A stretch of 64,000 nt of DNA, from positions 13,861 through 77,860 of the forward strand of contig JAJZQJ010000006.1 of assembly GCA_021851895.1 (NCBI GenBank). The letters run 5' to 3'. Shown in pieces: positions 9,662 through 19,548 of this stretch. Position numbers and translations under genes: made by a program. The notes under the pieces are model-generated. The model was given only the letters and a program-made list of their open reading frames with translations, ran no database searches and was not told where the DNA came from. The DNA comes from a bacterium. Its GTDB lineage: Bacteria > Patescibacteriota > Minisyncoccia > Phycocordibacterales > UBA6899. Position 1 is the stretch's first letter. Every line of letters starts with the position of its first letter.

Positions 9662-10802
9662 CATGACAAAAATCATTTTCAAGAACGACGCACAGCGCCA
9701 GTACATCAATATCGACTGGAATAAGGTCGTCGCCCGCCTCGAGGAACTCAAGAACGTCAAGGAGTCACTTGGCAACAAGCACTTCACACAGTCCGTTCGC
9801 GAATGGGCCGAAAGCCTCGAGATCGAAGAGCAAATCCGTCTGCTGAATGTCACACTCGGAGGGCTCTCGAACGATGATGCTTCCGTTGGTGTCTATGCGA
9901 CGAGACCCGAGGATTACGAGCGTTTCGCTCCCTTCCTCGAGCCGATCATCCGTGAATATCACAAGATTTCCGGAGAAACCAAGCAGCACCACGATTGGAA
10001 TATCCCCGTCGGTGAATATGTGCTCACGAAGATCGATCCCTCGCTCGACCGTGTCTCGATGCGTGCTCGCGTCGCACGTAACGTCAACGGATGGAATCTT
10101 CCCAGCTCGATGAGCCAGGACGAGCGAGTGCAGTTCGAGGCGTACATGGAAGGAATTTTTGCTGGTCTCTCGATCGCGGGCAAGTATCACAGCCTGACTC
10201 CAGGTCACGCTGCGGAACTGTCCCAAGAGGAAGCAGACCAAATGCGCCGCGACCACATGCTCTTCAACGACATGACGACCGATAACCATCTCACTTCGAG
10301 TGGTATCGCGTCGCACTGGCCGCACGGGCGTGGTATCTGGGTTTCAGAAGATGAGACCAAGATGATCTGGATCGGTGAGGAGGATCACCTCCGCATCATC
10401 TCGATCGTCCATGGGAATGACCTCGGGGTCGTGGATAAGTCTCTTTCGGACCTCCTCACCGCGATGGAGAACGCGGGCGTCGCATTTGCGATGCACCCGA
10501 CCTATGGCGTCATCACGACCTGTCCGACCAACATGGGTACGGGAAAGCGCCAGTCCATCCTTGGCATGTTCCCGAATCTCTCGAAGCGTGGAACCGATGA
10601 GGCGAACTTGAAGCGCATCGCCAAGGAGCTCGGTCTCCAGGCGCGTGGCCTTTCGGGTGAGCACTCCCAAATGGATGAACGCGGTACTGCGGACATCTCG
10701 CCATCAGCACGCTTCGGCGTCACTGAGGCAGAGGTCACGAAGCGTCTCTATGAGGGACTTCGCGCACTCTACGCACGCGAGAAGGAAGCGGGTCAGGAAT
10801 AA
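9662..10802 (+). CDS. Phosphagen kinase (ATP:guanido phosphotransferase, arginine-kinase-like) with the N-terminal domain
   Basis: 380 aa; CPTNMGTGKR active-site signature; HWPHGRGIW, EEDHLRIIS and GEHSQ motifs; AGGAG RBS. The longer ORF from 9309 is rejected. Confidence 0.75.
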
Positions 10803-10810
10803 AAAAAGGA

Positions 10811-10835
10811 AACCAGGGATCACCCTGGTTTTTTC
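10811..10835. terminator. Bidirectional terminator shared by the convergent kinase and PAP2 genes (aaccaggg atca ccctggtt)
   Basis: Hairpin with flanking A- and T-runs. Confidence 0.6.
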
Positions 10836-11359
10836 ATACTCCATTTTTTCTCAAGCGGTCCATAGCAAAGCGCTACAACGATTCCGATCGATGCGCCAAT
10901 GAGCACATCACTTGCCCAATGCACGCCGACGGCAACTCTCCCCAACATGGTGAATGGCACCATGAAAGCGATCACCTTCCCTAGGCGAGGATGCGTAGAG
11001 AGGAGCGTCGTCGCAAATGCAGCGATGAGCGCCGAATGCATCGAGGGGAATGAGGCATGCGGATCCGTCGCGGGCACAAATGGCACGAGATGAAGGGCTG
11101 CATAAGGACGATCTGAGGGAAACAAATACTTTAGGAGCAAGACGACAAGCATCGCGGAGAGCGCAGGAAGAATATCGTGAAATACCGTACGTGAATACAT
11201 CCCCTTCCGGCGCAGGGGAAGCATGACGAACACATAAAGCGCGAAGGCAATGACGAGGGTACCATCTGAGAAGATGATCGCGATATATTCCATCAGCATG
11301 CTCTTCGAGAAAAACGAGAACACGGCGACAGCGATAGAATGATTGATTGCGGTGATCAT
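10820..11359 (-). CDS. PAP2-family phosphatase (undecaprenyl-diphosphatase / BcrC-like)
   Basis: 179 aa; all three PAP2 motifs present: KYLFPSDRP, PSMHS, GRVAVGVHWASD. Confidence 0.7.
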   Translation of the reverse strand: MITAINHSIAVAVFSFFSKSMLMEYIAIIFSDGTLVIAFALYVFVMLPLRRKGMYSRTVFHDILPALSAMLVVLLLKYLFPSDRPYAALHLVPFVPATDPHASFPSMHSALIAAFATTLLSTHPRLGKVIAFMVPFTMLGRVAVGVHWASDVLIGASIGIVVALCYGPLEKKWSMKKPG

Positions 11360-12198
11360 GTTGTTTGATGTTGACGACCTCGCGCCAGAATGAGTACATT
11401 CTTCATCAGCGCAGAGACGACCAGCGGACCAACCCCTCCTGGTGTCGGCGTGAAAAGTTCTGCATGCAGTGCGACATCGGGATGGACATCACCGACAAGC
11501 TTTCCGTCGATACGTTGCATCCCTGCATCGATCACAACAACTCCTTCGCTCACATGTTCAGGGAGAAGCAGATTCGGTACCCCCGTACCACAAATGATGA
11601 TTTGAGCCTCCTTGGTGAACTCCTTAAGATCACGAACAGGCTGATCGACAACAGTGACCCGCGCGCCACATTGACGCATAAATTGCGCAAGTGGAGCCCC
11701 GACAAGTATTCCATGACCAAGTACAAGCACCTCCCTTCCGAGCGTGTGCACATTGTACGCTTCGAGTATGTACTGCACAGCAGAGACGATCGGCGGAAGG
11801 ATCGGGAATTCCTCATGTGCAAAGCGCGCACGGGCAAGCGGTGAAAGAACATCGACGTCCTTCTCTATCGGGATAGCAGAGAGGACCTTATTCCTATCGA
11901 TGTGTGGAGGAAGCGGAAGCTGTACGATGATGCCATCGATATCTCCGTCTCCAGCGAATTCTTGTACAGCCTCAATGACCATTTCAGTCGTCGCTGCATG
12001 AGACAAACGCAAGACTTTCGCTCCCATAGATAGCTCTCTTGCTTTCGCTACTTTTCGTTCTACATAACTCGCACTCGGCGCATCACCTTCAATGAGAATG
12101 ATTCCGAGGCCTGGAGTGAAATCGAACTGTGCCCGTGCCTTTTTCAGTGATTCTTCCATTTTTTTCGCGAGCGCTCTGCCATGCACAATATTCATCAT
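11356..12198 (-). CDS. folD: Bifunctional methylene-THF dehydrogenase / methenyl-THF cyclohydrolase FolD
   Basis: N-terminal MMNIVHGRALAKK aligns with FolD; dinucleotide-binding GHGILVG; PGGVGP loop. The stop overlaps the PAP2 start by 4 nt. TATAAT lies 6 nt upstream of the ATG, which may indicate a leaderless transcript. Confidence 0.85.
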   Translation of the reverse strand: MMNIVHGRALAKKMEESLKKARAQFDFTPGLGIILIEGDAPSASYVERKVAKARELSMGAKVLRLSHAATTEMVIEAVQEFAGDGDIDGIIVQLPLPPHIDRNKVLSAIPIEKDVDVLSPLARARFAHEEFPILPPIVSAVQYILEAYNVHTLGREVLVLGHGILVGAPLAQFMRQCGARVTVVDQPVRDLKEFTKEAQIIICGTGVPNLLLPEHVSEGVVVIDAGMQRIDGKLVGDVHPDVALHAELFTPTPGGVGPLVVSALMKNVLILARGRQHQTT

Positions 12199-12228
12199 GC
12201 TGGCATTATAGCATGGGTGTATACTATG

Positions 12229-13020
12229 CATATGAAACCACTATTCCGTTCCCTCCTCTATATCGCCATCGGCGTTTATGTTGGCTATGGAGCGCTCGTC
12301 ACATTTCGACAAGATCGTATGCTCTACTATCCACCGCAAGGGACTCCTGACATTTCAACCTGCGCAAAAGATATCGGCGGCATACCCATTGTCGATCCCA
12401 AATACAAGGACCTCCATGGTGTCCTCTATGAAAAGAGTTCGAGCACACTCATCGTCATTTATCACGGCAATGCAACTGACGCATGTGAGCGCGGCCTCTA
12501 TCTGACCGCACTCCATGATAACCCCGCAAGCATACTCATCGTCTCGTATCCAGGCTATCTCGGTGACCTCACCCCACCAAGCAGCACGCGGATACTTAAG
12601 GAAGTCGCACAAGTCGTACTCTGGACGACAGAGCACCGCTATCTTACGGTTGGCGTGATCGGAGAGAGTATCGGGGTCGGACCCGCGAGCTATCACGCCG
12701 CCCTCTACCCCGCGCCCCTTGCGCTCATTGCGCCCTACCCCTCACTCTCCGCACTCGCATCGACGATATTTCCGTTATATCCCATGCGCGCACTTCTCCA
12801 TGAAGACTTCTACGTAAGCACATGGTCACGTGCAGCATCGCGTGTACTTATCATCGCCGGAGCGAAAGACACCATGGTACCCAAACGGCTCTCCGAAGAA
12901 CTCTTCGCCTCATTGCCGCAAAAAGAGAAATATTTTCTTGAACTCCCCTACGATCATGATGGACTACTCTCGAGCGCTGAGAGTGCACGCATGATCGCAC
13001 GCTTCCTCAATGTGCAATAA
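12229..13020 (+). CDS. Alpha/beta-hydrolase-fold protein with an N-terminal membrane anchor
   Basis: GESIG nucleophile elbow, a downstream Asp/His, and an N-terminal TM segment. Confidence 0.5.
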   Translation, partial: HMKPLFRSLLYIAIGVYVGYGALVTFRQDRMLYYPPQGTPDISTCAKDIGGIPIVDPKYKDLHGVLYEKSSSTLIVIYHGNATDACERGLYLTALHDNPASILIVSYPGYLGDLTPPSSTRILKEVAQVVLWTTEHRYLTVGVIGESIGVGPASYHAALYPAPLALIAPYPSLSALASTIFPLYPMRALLHEDFYVSTWSRAASRVLIIAGAKDTMVPKRLSEELFASLPQKEKYFLELPYDHDGLLSSAESARMIARFLNVQ

Positions 13021-13021
13021 T

Positions 13022-13044
13022 AAAACACGCCAAAGCGTGTTTTA
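13022..13044. terminator. Bidirectional terminator (aaaacacgc caaa gcgtgtttt)
   Basis: Seen in the sequence. Confidence 0.6.
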
Positions 13045-13050
13045 TCATAC

Positions 13051-14397
13051 CTATGCACCGACACGTGAAAGTAATGTGTGTATCGTCCTCAGCGTTATTT
13101 TGAGGTCGAGCATAAATGAACGATGCTGGAGATAATATAAATCGTATGCGAGCTTCTCTCTCGTTTCCTCAACAGTCTGCGGAGGGCGCTCGTGATGGAC
13201 TTGTGCCCATCCAGACAAGCCAGGGGTGATGAAATGTCGCACATCATAATACGGGATAAGCTCGTTATATTTCGCAACAAGGCTTGGCACTTCGGGACGC
13301 GGCCCTATGAGTGAGAGATCCCCCGCGATAACATTGATGAGCTGTGGTAATTCATCGAGACGACTCACGCGCAAGAAACGACCTACCTTTGTAACTCGCT
13401 TATCTCCTGGCGCAAGTGGTATCCCCGCGTCCATGGTTGTCATCGTGCGGAACTTTGCGATGAATATACGCTTATTGTCCTTACCCACGCGCTCCTGCAC
13501 AAAGAATGCTGGACCACCGTCTCTTCTTATCGCAATGATGATGGGTATGTATAGCGGGACAGTGAATATGAAAAGTGGAATAGATATGGAAAGATCCATG
13601 ATCCTCTTCATCGTGTCGTAGCCAACATGTGCTCTACGAGAAATATGCTCAACGAGCCACGCATACCCAAGGAGTGAAAGTGGCACACTCTCAGTGATGT
13701 CCTCATGAATGACGTGCTGGTCCACGAAATGCACGCCTGAAAAAGAGAGTTTATATAATTCTGGAAGAATCCCCAATATCTGCTCATTACGGACATCAAG
13801 GACGATGACCTTTGCGCTCCCCTGGCGCACGAACTCTTTTACCCAAGAAATCACCTGCTCTCCACTCAATGTCTTCGTATCGCAATAGTGTGCGAAATAA
13901 AGTGGATAATACTGGGCATCGTTCACTACTCTGAAAAGTCTCCTTGTCTCGTCTCCTGAACCAACGAGTATTGCACGCTCGCGAACACGTACACCCAAAT
14001 GTCGAGCGATGAGAATACGCCAAGCGAATGTGCCCGTTGTGCTCAGTACAAGGTTGATGAACAAGAACGTTTTCGGTGCGATGCCGAAAAATGGGATTGC
14101 ATAGAAAAGTACGATCGCAGCGACTGCCGAGAAGAATTGTGCATTGAACAGCGTCGTCGCGAGCTTTGACTTCATGGACAACATCCGTGACTCATAGAGT
14201 CCGAAGACATACGCGACAAGGAACCATGCTACGAAAATGATCGTGTACGGCGTCGCATGACGAGCGAAATCATTCCATGAGGGAATACTGAAATAGCGTA
14301 CAACAAAAGAAGCCCAGAGTGCGCCGTACCAAACGACGAGATCTCCGAGAAACAGCGATAGGCCATAGGTGAAACGGTGTCCACGCATGTATTGCAA
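13051..14397 (-). CDS. Polyprenyl-phosphate sugar phosphotransferase (WbaP/CpsE-type bacterial sugar transferase)
   Basis: 448 aa; C-terminal sugar-transferase domain (KRIMDL, DELPQL, IGPRPE, SGWAQV motifs) after four TM segments. Confidence 0.8.
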   Translation of the reverse strand: MQYMRGHRFTYGLSLFLGDLVVWYGALWASFVVRYFSIPSWNDFARHATPYTIIFVAWFLVAYVFGLYESRMLSMKSKLATTLFNAQFFSAVAAIVLFYAIPFFGIAPKTFLFINLVLSTTGTFAWRILIARHLGVRVRERAILVGSGDETRRLFRVVNDAQYYPLYFAHYCDTKTLSGEQVISWVKEFVRQGSAKVIVLDVRNEQILGILPELYKLSFSGVHFVDQHVIHEDITESVPLSLLGYAWLVEHISRRAHVGYDTMKRIMDLSISIPLFIFTVPLYIPIIIAIRRDGGPAFFVQERVGKDNKRIFIAKFRTMTTMDAGIPLAPGDKRVTKVGRFLRVSRLDELPQLINVIAGDLSLIGPRPEVPSLVAKYNELIPYYDVRHFITPGLSGWAQVHHERPPQTVEETREKLAYDLYYLQHRSFMLDLKITLRTIHTLLSRVGA

Positions 14398-14434
14398 ACT
14401 AACAGATGAGAGAGCATGTGTCTAGCATATAAAA

Positions 14435-14458
14435 AACGAGGAAAATCCTCGTTTTTTA
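14435..14458. terminator. Bidirectional terminator (aacgagga aaat cctcgtt)
   Basis: Seen in the sequence. Confidence 0.6.
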
Positions 14459-14481
14459 TATGGAAATAAGCGCCAAATCGA

Positions 14482-15627
14482 CTAGTATCTTGCGAGTGTA
14501 TCTTCCACCATCGACTCGACACTGAAACGCGTCGATACACGCTCTTTGAGCGCCGCTCCAAATGCCTGTCGTTTCTCGGGATGCTCGATGAGATACTGCA
14601 ATGCACGAGCGACCTCTCCTGGATTACGCGGCTGTATAAGGACGCCACTTTCCATATCATCGATCGCCTCAGGTACTCCCCCAACCGCAGTTGCGACCAC
14701 AGGGAGGCCGGCATGCCCAGCCTCGAGAATTGCATAAGGAAAAGCCTCAGTGATCGATGGGAGCAAAAACACATCAAAAGCAGAGAGCGCACGGGCTACA
14801 TCTTTTTGGTACCCAAGTAACAGCACAATACCAGAAAGTCCGAGGCTTGCGATCTCTTCTTTCAGACGTGCTTCTTCTTCCCCACTTCCGCATATCGCAT
14901 ACCGCACATTGACCGCATTCAGTCGCAAAAGTTGTGCGATTCCCGCTATCGCATAGGAAAGTCCCTTATTGCGATGGAGCTCGGAAGCCGATCCAATAAG
15001 GAGCGTCCCCTCGGGTAATTCCTCAGGGATACCGAGAGCCTTTCGAGCATCCGCCCGCGAGAGCATATCAACGGGAGTCACACCATTATGTACAACAACA
15101 ACACGCCCCTTGGTCAAAGGAAGCCTGCGAATATCCTCTGCGGTCTTTTCGGAAACTGCGATCACGATATGTGCAAAGAAGATGGTGAACCAATGCGCAA
15201 TACCAATGAGGAAGCGCTGAAAATCACTTCGATCTTCATTGAAGGCCCAACCGTGACCAGTAAAGATGATGTGCATCCGCGGCCTGCGCAAAAGGAAGGA
15301 CCAAAGATTCATCACCCTCCCCGCGAGACCTCCAAGAAGACCCGCTTTTGAGCTATTGCAATGGAGGACATCTGGGCGCTCCTTCTTAAGTATGGTAAGC
15401 AACTCTAGGAAGCTCTTCCACTCATCGCGAAGCGAAATATCACGCTGCAATGCCACGATGGAGTGCGTGCGCACATCGATAGCCGAGAGCTTTTCTAGCA
15501 ACATGCCCTTCCCTCCGGAACATACAAGCACGTCGTGTCCACGTGCTTTCGCGCCAAGTGCGAGATCATAGACATACCTTTGCGCACCCCCAAAATTGGA
15601 TTTTGTGATCAAATAGATGATCTTCAT
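14482..15627 (-). CDS. Glycosyltransferase family 4 (GT-B fold)
   Basis: EAFPYAILEAGHAGLPVVATAVGG motif typical of GT4. Confidence 0.8.
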   Translation of the reverse strand: MKIIYLITKSNFGGAQRYVYDLALGAKARGHDVLVCSGGKGMLLEKLSAIDVRTHSIVALQRDISLRDEWKSFLELLTILKKERPDVLHCNSSKAGLLGGLAGRVMNLWSFLLRRPRMHIIFTGHGWAFNEDRSDFQRFLIGIAHWFTIFFAHIVIAVSEKTAEDIRRLPLTKGRVVVVHNGVTPVDMLSRADARKALGIPEELPEGTLLIGSASELHRNKGLSYAIAGIAQLLRLNAVNVRYAICGSGEEEARLKEEIASLGLSGIVLLLGYQKDVARALSAFDVFLLPSITEAFPYAILEAGHAGLPVVATAVGGVPEAIDDMESGVLIQPRNPGEVARALQYLIEHPEKRQAFGAALKERVSTRFSVESMVEDTLARY

Positions 15628-15684
15628 GATCAACTAATACTAACAGGAAATGAAATGATACACAAAACGCGCCGAATGGCGCGT

Positions 15685-16806
15685 TTAGAAACCGAGGAAT
15701 TCATTCTTCATATCTTCCCTATTTGCAACACGATGGAATCTCCGCATACCCATCAAAAGTCCAAGGCCGGCGAACTCCGTAAGTAAATGCGAGCCGCCGT
15801 AACTCATGAATGGGAGCGTCTGCCCGGTAACAGGCATCAAACCGATATTCATACCGACATGGATCATGAACTGCACGGTTATAAAGATGACGAGACCACA
15901 TGCATAGAGTGTCTCAAAATTAGTTGCACCGACCATGCCTTCATGAAGAATACGCATGATAAGTATGAGAAACGCGATGAAAAGCAACGATACGCCGATG
16001 AAGCCCCACTCCTCAGCAAAAGCCGCGAAGATGAAATCCGTCTGATACTCAGGAAGAAATTTCAAACGCGATTGTGTACCCTCTCCAATTCCCCTTCCGA
16101 TCAATTGCCCCGAACCTACGGCCACGGTCGATTGATAGGCATTCCAACCAGAGCCTCTTATATCGGTAAGTGGGGCCACGAACGTAATGATACGGTTCTT
16201 CTGATGCTGGGTGAAAACAAATCCCCACATGATACCAAACAGCACGAGACCGATGCCCAGTACACCGAAAAGATGCTTCTTGTTAATCCCAGAGACGACA
16301 GTCATGCCGAACCAGAGCGCAAGATAGATGATCGCTGAGCCAAAGTCAGGCTGTATAAGCACCAATAATGCCGGAAGTGCAACATAAGCCCCACTTATGA
16401 TGATGTGCTTCACGTGTGCGATCTCGACGTGACGCCGCGAATAATATTTCGCGAGCAACAAAATGATCACAAGCTTCATGACGTCCGCGGGCTGGAATGC
16501 GAGCAGTCCCAGATTGAACCAACCACGCGCCCCCTTCCAAGCACTTCCCATGACAAAGAGTGCAGCAAGCAAAAACACCATCACCCCATAGAGCATCGCA
16601 ATGACGTGCGAACGCCTGAGAATACGTGTATCGATGAAGGAAAAACCGATCGAAACTCCAAATGCGATCGGTATCCAGATCAACTGCTTGAGAAAGTAGG
16701 CGTTGCTTCCATGAAATGCATACATGGAGACGAGGCCCGCACCTAAAATGGGAACGAGAATAAGGTAAGTGATCCAATCAATGTGTCGTAGTTTCTCCAA
16801 GTTCAT
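15685..16806 (-). CDS. SEDS-family peptidoglycan glycosyltransferase (FtsW/RodA)
   Basis: 373 aa, 10 TM; conserved FLPEYQTDFIFA and PDFGSAII motifs. Confidence 0.8.
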   Translation of the reverse strand: MNLEKLRHIDWITYLILVPILGAGLVSMYAFHGSNAYFLKQLIWIPIAFGVSIGFSFIDTRILRRSHVIAMLYGVMVFLLAALFVMGSAWKGARGWFNLGLLAFQPADVMKLVIILLLAKYYSRRHVEIAHVKHIIISGAYVALPALLVLIQPDFGSAIIYLALWFGMTVVSGINKKHLFGVLGIGLVLFGIMWGFVFTQHQKNRIITFVAPLTDIRGSGWNAYQSTVAVGSGQLIGRGIGEGTQSRLKFLPEYQTDFIFAAFAEEWGFIGVSLLFIAFLILIMRILHEGMVGATNFETLYACGLVIFITVQFMIHVGMNIGLMPVTGQTLPFMSYGGSHLLTEFAGLGLLMGMRRFHRVANREDMKNEFLGF

Positions 16807-18184
16807 ATATCCTTGGGATTATTTCAACCACAGATGGTCCCTTTTTGCAAATGGTGGTCGCGATCTGTTTATAGACTCGCCCCAGCTCGCTTCCCGACGG
16901 AGCAGCATAATAGTACTCGGGGAGCGTCGCAATACCCTTAAGAAAATCGACGTTTACATCACCTCCAAGACCGATCGTATAGAGCGTCACTCCTTTTGAT
17001 TTCAGATCCTTCGCTGCGTTCTCAGCTATCGTTATAGGGTATTTCGTATTCTTCGGATCAGCAGGATCCTTTGGGTCGGTTGGGGCGCCATCAGTGAGCA
17101 GCACCACGGCTTGTCGTGCATCACTGCGCTTGCGCTGCGTCGAAAACTCATCGCTCGCGGCAGTGAGTGCAGCAGCGATATTCGTAAGTTGCAATCCTGA
17201 AGTAAGAATCTGTGTACCCGCGATCGCTGCATTCACACGCGTAAGATCCTGCGTGAGCGGCTGATCGATCGGACTCGTCACATCAGTAGCGAAAGAAACA
17301 TAACCGGCCTGATCATCCTTCGTGAGCTGCGAGACAAAGTCTTCCGCAGCACTTTTCGCCATTGAGAGTGGTTGTGGAGGATTGCTCCCATCAGATGCCA
17401 TCGAGCCAGAACGGTCGAGGACGAGCATGATATCTACAGGAGCAGCACATGTTTGCCCCGCGGCATCATAAATGAACTTCTGAGGCCACGTGAAGGTGAT
17501 CTTTTTCGTCTCTCGAGGCTGCAGTTCATCAATATAGGTCTCCGAAACACCAACAGGTCCATTCTTATCGGAAACGGTCGCCGTGACGGGGACATTGTTC
17601 AAAGTATCGGTCGTTTGATTTTGAACCGTCGCGACGAGCTGCGGAGTGGTATCAGGGGTCTGCAGCTCGTAGCCAAGCACGGAGATCTTTCGCTGTTGCG
17701 GTGGGGATGCTTTCACATATTTATAACCCGGCGCTATCGTCAACCGCGCCTTCGTAGCCTCAATGCCCTGCGTATCAAGTCCTCCCCCATAAAGCATGAA
17801 GTGATCGCCCGCATTCGCAAATGTGCTATACGACCGAGAAAGGATGGTACGCCCTGAAGCGTCAAAGAGTTCTATCGTGTAATTCAACTGCGGTATACTT
17901 GCGTCGAGATTTGGATTCTCTACAAGTGAAGCAACATCGTACATACCCTTTCGTACGACGAATGTCTTTGTCCAAATGGTTTTTATGCCTTGATGTGTAT
18001 CGACACATTGCAGCGCACAAACACCCCCACAATCGACACCGGTCTCATTTTGATTCTGTATCTTATCGAAGCACGTTGGACGTGCGCGCACCATAAAGAA
18101 CACCGCGGTTCCAATAAGCAACAAGCTTCCAAAGAATATCGCGAGTGTGATCAATTGACGCCTCTTCGCCCAATCTAGTTTCAT
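16778..18184 (-). CDS. Membrane-anchored von Willebrand factor A (vWA) domain protein
   Basis: MIDAS motif DIMLVLDRSGSM; N-terminal TM; start taken at MKLDW. Confidence 0.7.
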   Translation of the reverse strand: MKLDWAKRRQLITLAIFFGSLLLIGTAVFFMVRARPTCFDKIQNQNETGVDCGGVCALQCVDTHQGIKTIWTKTFVVRKGMYDVASLVENPNLDASIPQLNYTIELFDASGRTILSRSYSTFANAGDHFMLYGGGLDTQGIEATKARLTIAPGYKYVKASPPQQRKISVLGYELQTPDTTPQLVATVQNQTTDTLNNVPVTATVSDKNGPVGVSETYIDELQPRETKKITFTWPQKFIYDAAGQTCAAPVDIMLVLDRSGSMASDGSNPPQPLSMAKSAAEDFVSQLTKDDQAGYVSFATDVTSPIDQPLTQDLTRVNAAIAGTQILTSGLQLTNIAAALTAASDEFSTQRKRSDARQAVVLLTDGAPTDPKDPADPKNTKYPITIAENAAKDLKSKGVTLYTIGLGGDVNVDFLKGIATLPEYYYAAPSGSELGRVYKQIATTICKKGPSVVEIIPRIYELGETTTH

Positions 18185-18262
18185 GAGACAATTATAACAT
18201 AGGGAAAAATGTGGCCTAAAACAAAACCCCCAGCACGGCATAGGGGTTGCGCACGCTCATGA

Positions 18263-18643
18263 TCACTTGAGATACGTTCGTACTTTCTCGACGATGGTAT
18301 TTATCTTCGTGTCCGCCTTAACAAGGTATTCAACGGCACCAAGCGCGAGCCCTTTTTGCGCATCAGATTCCTGTCCGAGATTCGAGAGTATGATCACGGG
18401 TATGTTTTTCCATTTCGGATTCGCTTTCAATTCTGCGAGCACTTCAAACCCATTCTTCTTTGGAAGCATCATGTCGAGAAGGATAAGTGCGGGAATATCA
18501 TCACCTTTACTTTTGAGCAGATCGAAAACCGCCTCTCCGTCATTCACCACAAGAGAAGTGATCTGCTCGTGAGCGAATTTCGCCTGATAGGCCTTATCGA
18601 TGTAAATGTCGTCCTCGACGACCATTATCCATTTCTCAGCCAT
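18263..18643 (-). CDS. Single-domain response regulator (REC)
   Basis: 126 aa from MAEKW; VEDD acidic pair, LLDMMLP phospho-acceptor region, conserved K. Confidence 0.75.
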   Translation of the reverse strand: MAEKWIMVVEDDIYIDKAYQAKFAHEQITSLVVNDGEAVFDLLKSKGDDIPALILLDMMLPKKNGFEVLAELKANPKWKNIPVIILSNLGQESDAQKGLALGAVEYLVKADTKINTIVEKVRTYLK

Positions 18644-18692
18644 AGATAATGTTAGTATAGCAAATAATATATAATATACAATTACGCATTCT

Positions 18693-19085
18693 TCAGCCTT
18701 GTTTCTGCGCATTCTGTGCGAAGTACTCCCCCACACGACCGACGACGGTCTTGATATCATTATCTGATTTCGATATGAAATCGATGATATTAAGCTCGAA
18801 TGCGCGCTTCATTTTTTCTGGACTTGTTGAGACCGACACAATGAGCACCGGAATGTCTTTGAACTTTTGATTCGCACGAAGATGTTCAAGAAGATCGATT
18901 CCAGACATACCTGGAAGCAAAACATCGAGCCAAATCAGATCAGGAATATGCTCCGCGAGGTGTCTCATCGCGATCTCTGCAGATGAAGCGACGATCGGCA
19001 AGAATCCGGCGTGCCTCAATTTCAATTCAACTGCCTCTGCGAGCGCGAGATCATCTTCGACAATGAGAATTTGTGGTATTTGCAT
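18693..19085 (-). CDS. Single-domain response regulator (REC)
   Basis: 130 aa; VEDD acidic pair and WLDVLLPGMSG phospho-acceptor region. Confidence 0.75.
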   Translation of the reverse strand: MQIPQILIVEDDLALAEAVELKLRHAGFLPIVASSAEIAMRHLAEHIPDLIWLDVLLPGMSGIDLLEHLRANQKFKDIPVLIVSVSTSPEKMKRAFELNIIDFISKSDNDIKTVVGRVGEYFAQNAQKQG

Positions 19086-19089
19086 GATG

Positions 19090-19548
19090 TTATAAGCCTA
19101 GTGGAACTAATGTTTCCCTGAGATCACCAACACGAAGTGTGCCCCATCCCAAGGAATCGAAGAAAACGGAAACTTGTAATCCGCGCCGTGCATTTCGATA
19201 ATACCCGATCGCTGAAACTATTTTCGGATCAGCTGTCTGTCCTGACCCACTTCCGATCGCCACACGTACGCACGCACGCAATGTGTTGCACCCATCTTGA
19301 GCCATCGGTGTCTCAAGGAGATACGAAGTCGATGTGCCGAGATTCCGGTCGCGCGCAAGCCCAAGCAAAGCATCACGCACGCCGATTTGCGCATATTGCA
19401 TTGCCTGCGCACCATCCGTGTTCGCCTGCGTCAGATAGATCCTGGCGGTCTCCACTGAAGTGACGCTGATCGCAATCAAAAATACGAGTATGCCGATCCC
19501 CAAGACGAGCGGCAAACTCGCCGCTCCGCGCTGTGTCATCAGTCTCAT
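19090..19548 (-). CDS. Membrane-anchored hypothetical protein in the pseudopilin operon
   Basis: 152 aa; N-terminal hydrophobic helix but no clear G-F-T-L-x-E prepilin motif. Confidence 0.35.
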   Translation of the reverse strand: MRLMTQRGAASLPLVLGIGILVFLIAISVTSVETARIYLTQANTDGAQAMQYAQIGVRDALLGLARDRNLGTSTSYLLETPMAQDGCNTLRACVRVAIGSGSGQTADPKIVSAIGYYRNARRGLQVSVFFDSLGWGTLRVGDLRETLVPLGL

